A stretch of 64,000 nucleotides of DNA from Tubiluchus corallicola (taxonomy: Eukaryota; Animalia; Priapulida): positions 955,219 through 1,019,218 of the forward strand of contig JAQGDQ010000035.1 in assembly GCA_030141605.1 (NCBI GenBank), given 5' to 3'. A program made the translations under genes and the position numbers. Numbering within the stretch: position 1 is the stretch's first letter; the number at the start of each line of letters is the position of its first letter. This document shows, in pieces, positions 25,060 through 38,832 of this stretch. The notes under the pieces were generated by a model. That model searched no databases. It was given only the letters and a program-made list of their open reading frames with translations, and was not told the origin of the DNA.

Positions 25060-27350
25060 ATGTGGCTAGGTGGGATCGAGTGGCTGAATATGAGCGATTT
25101 GTGTACGGGAAAATTTTTCGGGAGGGGCAAAATCGAGGGTGTCAGGCACATCAATCCTTCCTACGTAAGACTTAAACTTTTTAAAAGCCATGAATATTGC
25201 GTAAGCGTGCGTCTTTCTGTATAATTGGCCATTTATGCTGCGTGTTCGATAATGATTGTGACAAATAAGCAATGGATTTCAAAGTAGCGTTAGTATCAGT
25301 CTGCTATAGGACTGCCGAAATTGCAAAATTGCTGGCGTATGTATGTACTATCACGTTGCTTTCTTATCATATAGTGTAATCGTGATTTATATCTATAGAT
25401 TATATAGATTGTATATTGATCTAACAGATTCGCTTTTTCTTTATTTGTTCGCTACAAGGTGATTTTATCACCTGGCTCCGAGGGCTTTAGTTAAGTCTAT
25501 CAGGCAATGATATTGTCCTTCAAGACTGTCACTTCGACCTTGCATTGTGAGTGAAGGTCTTCTTCCCTCAAGCTATCGAGCGTCGCTCCCGCAATTGAGC
25601 GTATGTTAATTAATACACTGCGAATCTCTCAAGTTCGTATCTCGGATTTAGTGTTGCTTTACTTTGAACGCTCTTAAGCATACATGAACTCGTTATTTAA
25701 CGTGTCAAAGTGAATCGACTTTATTCATTTACAGAATTTACTCTATCTAGATTGCTGTACAAGATTTGCCCTTATATGCTTGTAGGCGTTTACAATTAAT
25801 GTATAGCTCCAGAAAGATGCTCATGCAATTCACTTGGCAATTATTCAGTATGCTGCACTTAAGGTGCTTAATACAATGTGAACTACAGTTATGCAGAGTT
25901 ACTCTCAGATACAAATGCGTTAAGAACACTTAACTTGGTGGACTGACCACAATGCACCCAGTACACTTGGTCAACTCCAAATGGTGTTATGAGACTCTCG
26001 TTGATCCAGTGCCCAGTCTATTGCTGAGAACGCAGAACTCTCCACGCTGGTGTCAAACGATGCTGTCTCAGATTCCCTGTCAGATTCTCCTCTCTGATGC
26101 GTGTGTGACTTCGTGTCGCACACTGGCGTGTCTCTCCCTCTGAATGACTGACTCACTAGCGCCTCGTGTTCCCAAACTCAGAGCTTATATCCTGAAGAGC
26201 TGACCTTGCGAAATTCGCGCCATACGGCAATCAGGGGACAGGTAACATCCCTGGATCCCTGGTATCCCCTGCCATGCGATTTACGATCAGCAAGGTGGCC
26301 TTCGAATTCCTTTGCTCCGTGGGAAAGATCCCAGTCGTCGGCGACTTTTTAGAACTTCTCTTCCTCTGATGTCTTCGAGCGCCGGTAGAGGCTTTGGCGG
26401 TGGCCATAAAGTCATCTTCAAAAGACATTTGCCTATTGCCGACTTTTTATTAATTAAGTGCAACTCTGCATATGGCTATAAAGAATAATAATGTCCTCAC
26501 TTAAACAGACACCTGTTTACCTTCAGCAAACGATAAAAAACACACCTGTGGAATAATTTGCTTCGCATTAAATCCGTGCTTATCAGCTGAGTGAGTTTTT
26601 CTTATCAACCAATAAATTTATCTTTACAAATCAGGGAGGCATGAGATTTATCACCAAATTATTGATTTATAAATTTATTCACGACAGTACCCTATAAGCT
26701 TGTTTTGGATCTGGGAATATAAGGATTGGTGCCTTAACCAATGCCGCATTTTTTAAATCACAAAAAGCTTGATTTCTTTCTTTGCAGCTTCTGCGTTAAA
26801 CGACGGGTGCCTGTTATTTGCTTTTAAAGTTAAACTGTTAACTGTACTCATTTCGTCATTAACTGCATCTTGTTCTTTATTTAAAATACAAGACTGATTA
26901 TGCAACGTTTCATTCATCACATTAAGTCTATTGGCGAAACATGATTATTGTCATTTGCAGTATTTTCATGAAAATTATTGCGCAATTATCATAGATTTCA
27001 CCTGGTCCAATGCGTTTGATTGCTTAAATTGCGTCAGTCAGCGTATCAATTTCAGCTCTTAATAAACCCTGGTGTATTGAGTCATCGCGAATCTCCTATA
27101 TAAAAGTAAAAACTAATGATTTTTGAACTTTAGGTAAATTTAGCTGATCTGCAGGTTGAGCGATTAGAGCTAATTTAAAAATTCGACTTCCAAAAATCGT
27201 AATGATTCGTTTTGTTTCTGTTTGCCTAAACTCAATTGTATAAGTGACCACGTAATTTTAGTTGGGTCAGCATAAACTCACAATAATAACTGTCATAATT
27301 CATCAGCTCTTTTGTTTTAAATGTGTGATTTAACCAAGCACAATTTATCG
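25060..27350 (-). mobile_element. Highly decayed LTR-retrotransposon internal region, split by a solo LTR
   Basis: Minus strand has RNaseH-like AYAIFMAFKKFKSY (~25170-25210) and gag-like KQKQNESLRF...EIRDDSIHQGLLRAEIDTLTDAI (~27030-27230). Confidence 0.45.
25349..26686 (-). mobile_element. Solo LTR, copy 1
   Basis: 4-bp TSD GTAC (25345-25348 and 26687-26690). Minus-strand termini TGTCGTGAATAAATT...GTGATA; minus-strand TATAA at ~26185-26189 and AATAAA at 25720-25725. Collinear with copies 2 and 3. Confidence 0.85.
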
Positions 27351-28009
27351 AAATATATATGCAAATGAGCACAGGTTATATCCAGAATTATGTATCCAAG
27401 TGAGCACAGGTTATATCCAAGCATAGAGTGTAATTTATCCAAGTACAAGTTATCCAAGCACAATTGTAAACACAATTTACACAAACACAAGTGTGAGCAT
27501 TATTTATCAAATTTACTTGAACGTTGCTTTAAGCGTTCCTGAGCGCAAGTTATATCCATATTGTTTGAGCATTGTTTCATGAGCGCTTCCATTTACATCC
27601 GAATTATTTAAGTGTTGTCTGTTTATATCTAAATTACTTGAGCATTGTTCTGAGCATGGATGTCTTTGCTGAATTAAAAAAACGTTGAAAAAGTCGAGGA
27701 AGTGCGTAAAAGTTGTTCTTGCATTGAAATTAAAACGTAATCGACTGTTCTTGCGTTGTAATAAAATGTAATCACTGTTGAACCACTTGTCTCATGTAAC
27801 AAAAATCATAGACAGATGACGTTTGAAAAAGTTGCTCCACATGTCGAAATTGTGAGAATTTTTGAAAAATCACAGTGTTGCAAAAATCCAGAAAAAGTCT
27901 CTCTCCATGGTATTCAGCAAAATGTTAATGAAAAAGTCTTGTGGTTTATTGTTGTCTGTTGAAATAAATCAATGTCCTTGAAATCTAAATGTAAGTATCG
28001 TGATCGTAT

Positions 28010-31000
28010 TTACTTATTTATCATCATTTATTTTCGAACACGCATGTACAGTTACGTTACATAAGTGTTCAAATTAAAAAGAAATTAGTAGACTAGTCAG
28101 TGCAACAACAACAAAAAACAAGCACGGGTATTATTTACATGCAAGAGGACAGAACAATTAATTTAAAAATATACTACTTATTCTAACACTTCTCTTAATT
28201 GATACTTTGATAAAAATTCCTGTTTTCAACACAATTTATACAATCTTTTGCTAAGTTTATTGTCGCTAGCTGACTGGAACTTAACTCGCATCTTTTTACG
28301 AGATAGTACATGAAAATATCTAAATGCATCTTCTAGAATAAACCCATTCAATAATGGGTTTATTCTAGAAGATGCATTTAGATATTTTCATGTACTATCT
28401 CGTAAATATACATTATACGACGTAAACTCAATAGTTTACGTCGTATAATGTATGTTTGGCTATAAAGTTGATTATCGAGTTACTACTATTTTTACATGCT
28501 ACATAGAATTTAAGAAACCGTTTAGTAAAGTGCTTACTCGGTTGAACGGTACCAGCAATATGGCGCAAAATGAAAGTGTGAGCTCTATACAGCAGTTTCC
28601 ATAATTTACGGATAGCAAAATTCCAAGCGGTATCAATAAAATGTATTTTCTAATTATTTAACCTCCAACTCTGGCAGCCGTAATATACTAGACAATACGT
28701 TTGAAGTAGTTTACATTTTATATCAGAACAAGCAAACGAAAAGTTGGCACTATTGGCATGGTAAATGAAAACGCCCCGTTTACTAAGAATATCAGCATCA
28801 GCCATTAAATTACATGTAATTACGTGACCTAAATGAGTGGCTCTATCTGTCCTGGTTAAGGGCGCACTGTCCAGCAATACAATTGGATAAGGTTTATTGA
28901 GTTCCCCTGGTTTGGAGAATTTAATACATTTACTTTTAATTTTGGTACATTGAACATTAACCAAATTAATATCAAATTTTTTGGCATACTCTCCACATAT
29001 TGGAACCGTTCTTTGTAACGTCTTACACTCGGTGTCAATAGAGTTAAGTCGTCTGCGTAGCTTATGGATCCAACATAGGTATTGCCGATCCTGCACCCAT
29101 AACCTGATTCTTTTAACTTATTAACAAACCATCAATATATAGACCGAATAACGTCGGAAACAAAACTGTACCTTCTTTAACTCCGTTGGTGACAGTGAAG
29201 GCTTCCTAAGTCACGCCGTCCCATAAAACATTCATTGTTTGATCAGTATACAAATTTATAATCAATCGTAAGATAATAGGCGGAATATTTCTATTGAGCA
29301 TAATATTGAATAGTTTGCAAAAATTTACTTTGTCGAAAGCCCTTGAGGCATCTAAAAAGCACTGTAAACACTATTATTATTGGCCATGTAATAAGCAACA
29401 GCTTCTTTTAGCACTGACGTACACGCTGTAGTAGACACATTAGGCTTAAACCCGATCTGTAGATCTTAGGTATACAAATCTGATCACAATATTTACACAA
29501 AATTATCCAGTCTAAAATGTTCCCAAGGGAGAGGAGAGTGAAATACGCCTATGATTAGTAATACTAGATAAGTCGCCTCGCTTATCTTTTGGAATTGGTA
29601 CAATATTGGCAAACAGAAAATGTTCAGGACAATTATCATGGTTTACACATGCATTGCATAATAAAGTCAAATGAACATAATAGCGAATCATGGCCATTAA
29701 GGGTACAATCAAAGTAAGAATCGTGCCTACCGTCATTTTTATTTGGCTCACTACGCACATCATCGACAATGAACGGGTTACTCATATTGATGCCATTATT
29801 TATGAGTTTATCATTGATGGCACTTATAATGTTATTTATACTTGTGACGTCATAGCCTGCGGTGTTATATAAATGATCAAATTCATCAGCAAATCTTGAA
29901 CAAATCTCATCTGGTGAAGTTAAATTTTCTACAGCATTTGCAACATTTTTTGCTTTTCCTTAAATTAAATCAAATTCTTTGAATAGATTCCTATACCTAT
30001 TGTTAGCAATATGGTCAGCCATTTTCTCTCTGCGAATATTGTTACAATTACGCCTTACGTTTTTGATTGCGTAGTGATAAGAAGCCCGAGTATGTCTCAT
30101 TATATTTGCTATAACGCCATTTCTGGGACGATCGCATGAGACCCAAAGGTCATATCAAAAGATAACCTTACCTTTGGCTGGATTTTCCACCCCAAAATGA
30201 TATGACTTTGTTTCATGTCCCGCGTAAATGCTATACACCGGTTTGTAGCCCTAAGGCATGCATTTACAATTTCGTTACAATACTGCTTTAACAACTCATT
30301 GTGACTTGTACAGGTCAAGCTTTGGTGCACAATTGACGTCAAACATATTGGTCTATCGCTCCGCCCCCGCTGCAACGTTAGCAGGCTCAGCAGCATTCGG
30401 GACAACAGCTCACGCAAGACAACTGTCTAAGCTAAACTAAACTAAACTAAACAACATGACAGTCACAACTAATGTCTAATCAGCAGATAAATTGATTGCT
30501 CTTTTTTATAAACACAAATTTGCGGAGCAGCAGCTGTTTTAGCACGAAATTAACATTTCAAGTAGCCAAAAATGACTTTTCAATTTAAACAGAGTGTAGA
30601 GACGAAGTTTCAAAGCACTACAAAATACAGAGACACAAATATAATAAAGAAACTAAGCCAGTTAGCCTTGCTTTACAATAAATGAACAAGAAAAATATTA
30701 AGTCTCTCTTGCCTTCAAACATACGAACATCAAGCCTGCGATGTATTTTCTATATTAATTAATCATGTGCTCGTCTGCAAGATTTATTAAGTTTTTGTAT
30801 TTTTCCGTTTGTCAAGCTACGGAAATGGAATAAATTTGACTGTTCCATTCCAATAGACGACCCTTATATTGAATGCCCGAGTCACATAAGTCCCAATGGC
30901 ATCTTTTAACCTTGATTATAACTAGAAAAATAACGTAAATGTAGCTAATATTACAATGACCACATTAAAGTTTTGACCACATTTGAATTAATTTTGACTG

Positions 31001-31960
31001 TGAAGATCTCATTGAGGTTTATAAAAACTGGCCAGAAAAGAAAACATTTTGTTTTGTCCTTATTTAAAGTTAATGAAATAGTTGTTTTTATCTAACCTTC
31101 ATAGCCATAAACTAAACTAAACTGCGTATTTTCTTGCTTGCAAAATGGTTGAATCAGCAACTCATAGACGTAAGCATTGTGCATTTCTTCCTATAAACGA
31201 AACTAGATTATATATAGTTCACTTGCAATTTCAATTGACAATAATAAAATTCGAACGGTAAGTAAACATTAATCAGAAGTGTAGTACAGCCGCGATTATA
31301 AATGTTATACCTTGAAAACGACCTTGCAATTTTAACTAAATGATTGATAGTTCTACGCCAAAATATAGCCAATCCACGGTACGGGCGGCCGCTAATGATG
31401 TGTTTTGTACTATCGACTCCAGAAACAGAAGTGACAAAAAACTTACTGCTTAAGCTATAAAACACATCAAGCTGACATTCTAGTTTCCAATGTTCTTGTG
31501 ACAGAATATAATCATTACTGGCCATTAATTCTTGAATGTAACACTGCTTATCTGAGTTAAAACTACGACTGTTGTATGATACAAATGACAAAGTTATTAT
31601 CAATGAAATTCCTAAAAACGGTGTCATTAGTAGTGTCTGCCACAGTTACTTTTGTTTGTTATATTCTTCACCCTCCAGTTTATTCCTGTTCGTGAAGTAT
31701 AATCTGCATCCGACGTCCTTCGGCCAAAATGCTGGCTGGAGTACAGCATCCATGTCTGATGCCAGTATGATGATTTTGTACGAGTCGAACCATGCATCCT
31801 CATGTGAGACTTTGGCCAAGGATAATACCACCACGTGTTGCTCTGATAGAATCTCTTTGACGTCTACGTCGTTTGTTCCTTTCTCCAGTCGGTACACGAA
31901 TATGCTTCTTGCTCTTGGACCACCTTTGATGCCAAACATCAGATCAAACAATAGATTTAT
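28010..31960 (-). mobile_element. CR1/L2-group LINE, near full length and decayed, with an unrelated insert at ~30350-31200
   Basis: ORF1 C-terminus (SIFVYRL...FWPKDVGCR, 31646-31951), APE (SYNSRSFN, QEHW; 31208-31627), RT (IVPIPK, LDASRAFDKV, NGVKEG; ~29150-29700), C-terminal HLGHVI and YYGCQSW, and an AATAAA-rich tail near 28010-28035. Confidence 0.85.
28295..28453. repeat. Two adjacent perfect inverted repeats (54-bp and 21-bp arms), both with a CAAT loop
   Basis: Arms 28295-28348/28353-28406 and 28408-28428/28433-28453. Confidence 0.95.
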
Positions 31961-32339
31961 TGTAGCACATAAATATCAATTGTAATATTAACACTGAGCA
32001 GCAATCTTCTATGACGAGTGCAAATACATATAAGTTGAGCACAAGAGTCTAAACCGTAATCCTTCTCCCTGCAGCAGCATTCTATATATTTTATATATAT
32101 ATGCTTCAGTGAGTGTGTTATTTTTAGCTCATGACATCGGTTCTATTCTTAAAATGGTCTTCCTGACAGCAGAGAATCATCCTTTGCTGACTTATCACGT
32201 TGGTAACGGTCATCTGCTGACTTGCTGGTTAGTTGCCAATATCTATTTTTAGCCTATGACATCAGTTCTATCTTTGGAACTGTCTCCTACTGACTTTCTA
32301 GTCAGTGGTCAGCTTGACTGTTATGGTCAGTGCAACTGG

Positions 32340-32600
32340 TTGCTGATTGGCTGTATGGGCCAGGCTGTTTCCAAGAAATGAGGAAATGAGTACAGCAGGT
32401 CATTGCCCTTGCGTGTTTCTAAGAAGTGGATGCAGGTATTCACTGCTATTTTTAGGAAGTGAGCACAGCTGGTTACTGCTGTTTCCAGGGAAATGAACAC
32501 AACAGGTCATCGCCTGTAACTGTTTCTAAGAACTGTATGCAGCTGATCATTGCTCTTTCCAGGATTAATTCCTTAAGGAAATGGGCACAACGGTTAATTG
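32340..32600. repeat. Imperfect tandem repeats containing GCTGTTTCCAAGAAATG-like motifs
   Basis: Motif recurs at ~32364, 32415, 32478, 32521 and 32555. Confidence 0.55.
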
Positions 32601-33301
32601 CTCTGACGCAGCTGTTAATATTGATTCTAGAAAACGGGGTAGATGATGTCATTAACCATTAATTACAACGAGTGCGCTTAAATTACAGCACAGTATAAGC
32701 ACGAACTTAATGTTAAACAGTTTGTTGCGCTTATTGATTACATGACCCGCATAATTAATCAATATAAAATAATTCAATCTCACTCTATTTCTTTATTATT
32801 TATTTATTTATTTACATTTCATTAATTACATTGAATACGTAGGCACGATTAAAGTTACGTAATTAAAATCAGTATTTATCGCATGACTATTGCATTGATC
32901 TAGACATGATTTCGTACAAAGCTTTTGTGCTGTATCTTTTAATTACATGTAATTATTGTGATAGTTTTAGTAATCTTTTGTGCATTTTTGCTACATCTTT
33001 GGTTACTTAGGGTTGCGCCGTGCGTTTCATTTCCTTATTGTATGATTTTTGACTGTTTTAGCAACTGTATGAGGTTATTAGTGCTATAATTGTCTATTAA
33101 AATAAGGAAATATATGTATAATGTGGCCAAGATACTGCGGCTGATTCAATGACCCATCTTTGTGAGTTAGCCTCGATGATAATATGCCGGGTTCCCTCTC
33201 GTCACAAACTTCATCATCTCATCAACATTGACTAGGCCCTGTCGTTGAAGATCGAACACTGGGTTACATCATCATTATAGATCTTTTTTGTTTGTTTTCA
33301 G

Positions 33302-33493
33302 GGGTTATTTATTTTTTTATTTCATTGTGCATTTAACAAGCAAGTACGTGATGCAGCAAATGAACGTTGGCGACAAATCCATGTCAGTACGACATTTCAA
33401 TTTGGATCTCGTTCTCATACACGAACAACATGTGTTACAGCTACTTCTGAGCCTAGCAGCAACAACTCAGCTGAGGGAAAATCCAAGAGAGCG
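33302..33493 (+). CDS. GPCR exon: end of TM7, helix 8 and proximal C-tail
   Basis: ttttCAG| then GLFIFLFHCAFNKQVRDAANERWRQIH..., completing the SLQ-G.FIF..HC..N..VR motif. It ends at a candidate donor GTAATA after 33493, or reads through to TGA at 33533-33535. Confidence 0.92.
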
Positions 33494-35304
33494 GTAATAG
33501 ATTTATACAGGGAGTGTGATTTTAACAATGCATGATTTTGGCAAGAACGCATATAATTGACCTTAATCTGAAAATTGTCAACCTTTCTGTGCAAGAATGT
33601 TTGTCATTTTCAATGTAGGAGCTAAGACGCCTAATTTTCTGTCCTATCCCTATTTACAAATGTATCTCCTGTGAGCTTAACATCGTTTTGTGTCTAATAT
33701 TCTGTATAAGTACGACGTCAAATGAACGAAATATAACAAATTTTAAACTACAATTTCTGAAAGACTTGAGAAACGCATCATAAATGGCAGCGCCTCTTAG
33801 TAAAGTGAACACAAGCACTCACGTGCACTAGAAACAATGAAAAATTTATGGCTATGGTAAAAATTGCCAGAAATAACAGAAGCAATTTTTTGTTCGTTGA
33901 TTTAAATTAAAAGTTACTAAAATCAATGATAAACTTATAAACTGCCCTCTTTAATGACAGCACTGGTTTTCTAGGGCAAACTTCCATTGAAAGCCAGGAA
34001 TGCTGCAGTGGCATGACTCCTATTTAGGAAGAATTTAAATTTTAATGTTTGAAAGTACATTTATTTGAAAATTATAGTGTTTGAAGTTCTGCGTAAAAGT
34101 TTGACGCTATAAATGCCCAGAAAACGGAAACTTTCAATTATTCATTTTGAGGCAATGATTAGCATTATTCAACAAGATAAACATTAAATTTCATCGTCTA
34201 TACCTAAATGTAAGTAGTTTGTTAAAAGAACATAATGATATATATGAAAATGATCTCATGTTACTATTTCAGTGATCTGTAAACAAAAGTCCAAGCTTAC
34301 ATAGTATAGCATACCTACAAAATAATGATTTTTCTAAAAGGCTGTATAAATTGACAAATTTTACATGTACATTCAAACTGCAAATAACTTTTGTGACAAC
34401 TTGGCCTACAATGCTACACGAACGATTATTAGTAATTCATGAATGAAGACATTCAAAATAGGCTTAAAGCAGCGCTGAAGGGAAAACATGATAGGGTGTC
34501 AAGATGTAGTTTAGAAGTTACTGATAGCCATATCATATTTAAAAACTGACGAAAAGCTTAGTACAGGCAAAAATAAACTGTATTAGTATCGTGACGTCAC
34601 TTGTATCTCTAGCACATTCAACAATGCACGTGCACACGAGGTAAAACATAAGCAAAAATATATCATATTATATCAATATTTTTCTGGCTGAATTTACTCA
34701 AATTACACCAGACTACACATCAGAAACGCCCAAAAGTAATTTTTAAATACACCAAGTAGGAGGTAATCGATTTACTGATTAAACTTTAGCTGTATGGAAA
34801 CTACGAGTTATGAGTCAAACCTCATATGGTGTTTCAATAAGCTGTATGAACAATATAAGGGTGACGAGTGTACTGCAACGTACTCGTCTTTCAGTTTAGT
34901 GGAGTATTTGTAGTTCAGCTTAACAGAGAATCTGAAACTTGTTACCTTCAGACATTAGCAGCAGCAAACTTGTTAGTATGCTTGTTCAGTCAACATAATT
35001 ATTTAACCAAATTGAGAGCGTGTGAGAAGTCATTAAATAGTTATAATAATGGGCAAAGTCAAAAGACATTTATTTTCCGTTGCTCAGATAACGAACAAAA
35101 GCCAATAATGCCTAAAACCAGCAAACACTATGTTTCTCATCCGCACAATCGACGCTGGCAGTGAAACATTTAAAAAGCAGGAATGATCAGAAATCAGCAA
35201 ATTTAGCAGTGCAGCAATAATAAAACAGCTCAGCGAGAGATACTAGTGACGTCATTCTCAAACTTTCGTACTCTGTTATCGTGCTCTTCTTCAATTAGTC
35301 CTGT

Positions 35305-36773
35305 TATTGTACTCGTTATCATATATAATTAATCTCTCTGATTAATATTGATCCTTTTCTCTCTCTCGTGATAGTATAACACGTGACCTGAAGAGACACA
35401 CGACTTATTTGAAGAGTGATTCGCTTCTATTACACTAATTGCTATAAGGTTATTTATAACCTGGCTCCTAGAGCTTAAGATAAGTCTATAGGGCTATGAT
35501 CTTGTCCCACAAGACTATTTCTACGACTCCGCGTTGTGATTAAAGTCTTTATCTCTACGCAGCGAATCTTCAGAATCGTTTACCGAATTTAAGGTTGCTT
35601 AACTGAAGCACCTATAAGCATACATAAACCAGTTCTTTAAGTTAAAGTGAAATCATTTATTGTTTGACAACGATTACTCTTAGTCAACTAATATTACAAT
35701 GTTTGATCTTAATTGCCTTTCGACGCTCACAAATAATAGTTAGCTCCAAGAGACACTAATCAGATTCACTTAACTATTTCTTTGCTTCGCACTTAAGGGG
35801 CTAATTACAAAGTGAAGTATGCAATTACAATCAACTATACGTTACACTTAAGGTGTCTATTATACTGTGATTTTCTACTATGCAGAGTTGCTCTCAAGTT
35901 ACAATATGTTAAGATCACTTAACTTGGTGGAATGACCAATGACAACTGTTCAATTGGTCAAATCCAATTCCGATGCAAGACTGATTCGCAGATCCAGTGC
36001 TCAATTAGTTGAGGACGCAGATTGTTGTCTACGCTGGTCTAACGTGTCTTTGCTTCTTTCAGAATTCCTGTAGCCTCCCCAGACTTGGTACTTGGTCCTC
36101 TCGCTTCTGAACCCACTCACGTCTGACAAACTGACTCACTTTCGATTCACATCCGACTAGCAACGTGTTCCTCCAAACATCATCTTTTATACCCAAACGG
36201 AGTTTTCGTAACATTGCGCGCGAACGCTGCAACATGTCGCAATAGTTCAAAGGTTACATCCTTGGCTTGGTGGTTTACAACCATCCAGGTGGCTGATAAC
36301 GTAACTTCTTACATGAGAAAACACCGCTATTCGACTTTCCGTCCTTCACATCATCAACCCTAGAGATTGTTCCCTGCGTCGCTTGGGCTATAAACGTCTC
36401 TTCCAAGGAAAAACCACTCTCCGCTACTTCTTAATTATAGATGGCAACTCTACATAACATTACATGAGGCTATTATCTAACCACGCAAAGTTATAAAAAT
36501 AAGCTTTGCTTCACCTGAACTAAACACCTGCAAACTCCTACGCTTTCTTAAATGAACACCTGTTCGAAATCTAATAAACTCTAACATCTCTGTGAAGATA
36601 ATTTTGCTTCTCATTAAACATAGTACCTCAACCAGCTAAGTGAGTTCCCATAATCTTTCAATAAATTTATCTAATCCAATTAGGAGGTATCTGCTTCATC
36701 AACATAATCTAATGTAGTTGATAACTCCATTAATTAATCACTTAATTCATGATTCTGAAATTTATTCATAACA
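35305..36773 (-). mobile_element. Solo LTR, copy 2
   Basis: 4-bp TSD CTGT (35301-35304 and 36774-36777). Minus-strand termini TGTTATGAATAAATT...ACAATA; minus-strand TATAAAA at 36185-36191 and AATAAA at 35656-35661. Confidence 0.82.
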
Positions 36774-37269
36774 CTGTGCCTCGTTACTAAAGGACAAAAA
36801 AGATCAAAGACACTTATTTACAGTCGCTATGACAACAGACAACATTAACCATAGGCTACTATAAGCGACTCTTAACGAATACAACAACTGAGATGCCACA
36901 AATATATAACACAGGTAACAACTGTTTGTGCCAGTACAGGTGGTTGTAAGATTCAAACTCGGACTGCAAGCAGAGAAGCACCCACGGTCCGTTACCATAA
37001 CCACACAAATTTTTTCTCGCCAGTCGCATATAGTGGATTGAATTAGTTGAGGACAAAAGTGTGATTTGAGCTTAACATTAAAAATGCCTTCAGCGCTGCA
37101 CACATCGTCCAATGCTAACAAACCGTGTTAATGATCCATGTAACGAACACCCAGAACGCTGAATTAGGTCCATGTGCAAAATAAAAAAAAATTGCAAACT
37201 TTATTAATGTTTTTGCAATTTTATTCCAATATGCATATTCCAAACGTAAGTACGAGTATGCTAATATTA

Positions 37270-38768
37270 ATTTCACATGCTTGATTGTCGAATTCTTGTC
37301 AAATCATCAGCAGTGTGTCCAGGTCAAAGTCTGTTATTGTCGTTCCTGCTTAGTCACAGGTGGGGTGCCAGTACTTACTGTTATCGTTATTGTTTTTACT
37401 GTCAGTTAGCTTTATTCGCAAAATGTTTGTTGACGATACCAGGCTAATATGTGACACTCGCACACTGGCAGACCCACTTGACAAAATGACATTATTTCCC
37501 TGAACGAGTATACGAATTCGATTGTTTTAGAACGCAACCCACTAAAGACAAAGATAATTCACTTTGGTAGGAACAACCCGTGTTATGATTACTTTCTTGC
37601 TGACATACCAATAGAAGCAGTGGATTGCCACCTAGATCTTGTTGTATACTTTTCTTCAGATATTACTCGAAGCTGTCATATTAAATATATTGCTAGTCGT
37701 GCTTATCGTATAAATGGCCTGGAACACTATCACTTTGAGTTTACTGAACCAGTGATGTTTACAAATTTATATAAGCAGATAATACACCCAAGAGTTGAAT
37801 ATACAGCACCTGTTTGGCCCCCAATAGAGAGGGTCTAGTGGCATACGACCAAGTTAGTAACCGCACTTCGCAATTAGAAGTACACCCAAAGATTACAAGA
37901 ATTTAAGCTTCCAACGCTTATATACCGGCAAATTAGAGTGATATGATAAACGTTTACAAGTTTGTCCACTTGTAAAGTATAACAAATGTAGGTCTAAGCT
38001 TCACTTTGCGACACGACATGTCGCTTGTTAATCTTGTACAAACAACCTTTGTACATGAATCATTCACACCACTGATTGCTTAAAGACAATTGATTTTGGC
38101 ATTCGTTCAATTGCCCGACTCCGAGGGCTTAGGTCAAGTTGATAGGGCTATGATATTGTCCCACACAACTGTAACCACGAAATATTGCGTTGTGAGGATA
38201 AATCTTTGTCCCTCGAGTTTTCAAGCTGGCTCCCGCAATGAGCCTTACAGTGTGAATCTATCAGGTTCGATCAAGGATTTAGTGACTTGACGATTATGAG
38301 CCTTAAGTAACTCTTTAAACATTAAACAACTCGATAGTTACGTTAAATTTAAGAAAGATTTATTGTAATTGAATTTACAATACAGATCCAAGTTCTAAGA
38401 TAAGTACAAAGCTTTTCTTATGCGCTGATGGGCGCTTACAATTAACGCTCTAATCCAAAGAGATAATTCCAATCATAAAATATTACACAAGCTGTAATGT
38501 TTGCACTTATGGTGCTAAAGTTACTCTGTAATTACAATTCACAAAAACTGTTACAGCATCAGAGTATAAAGTAAATCTACTTAACTTGAGGACTGGCCAA
38601 CCTAACAATCGTTATTGGCCAGATCCTGATTCCTGAACGAGACTTCTCTGCATCAGTGATTTGTCGAAGCAAATGACGCAGTATTATTACTACGCTGAGC
38701 TAAAGATACGTCTTGTAAAAGATCGTCTCGTCGAAGTAAACGGCAACACACCTCTCTCCAATTCAGCA

Positions 38769-38832
<64 letters not shown>

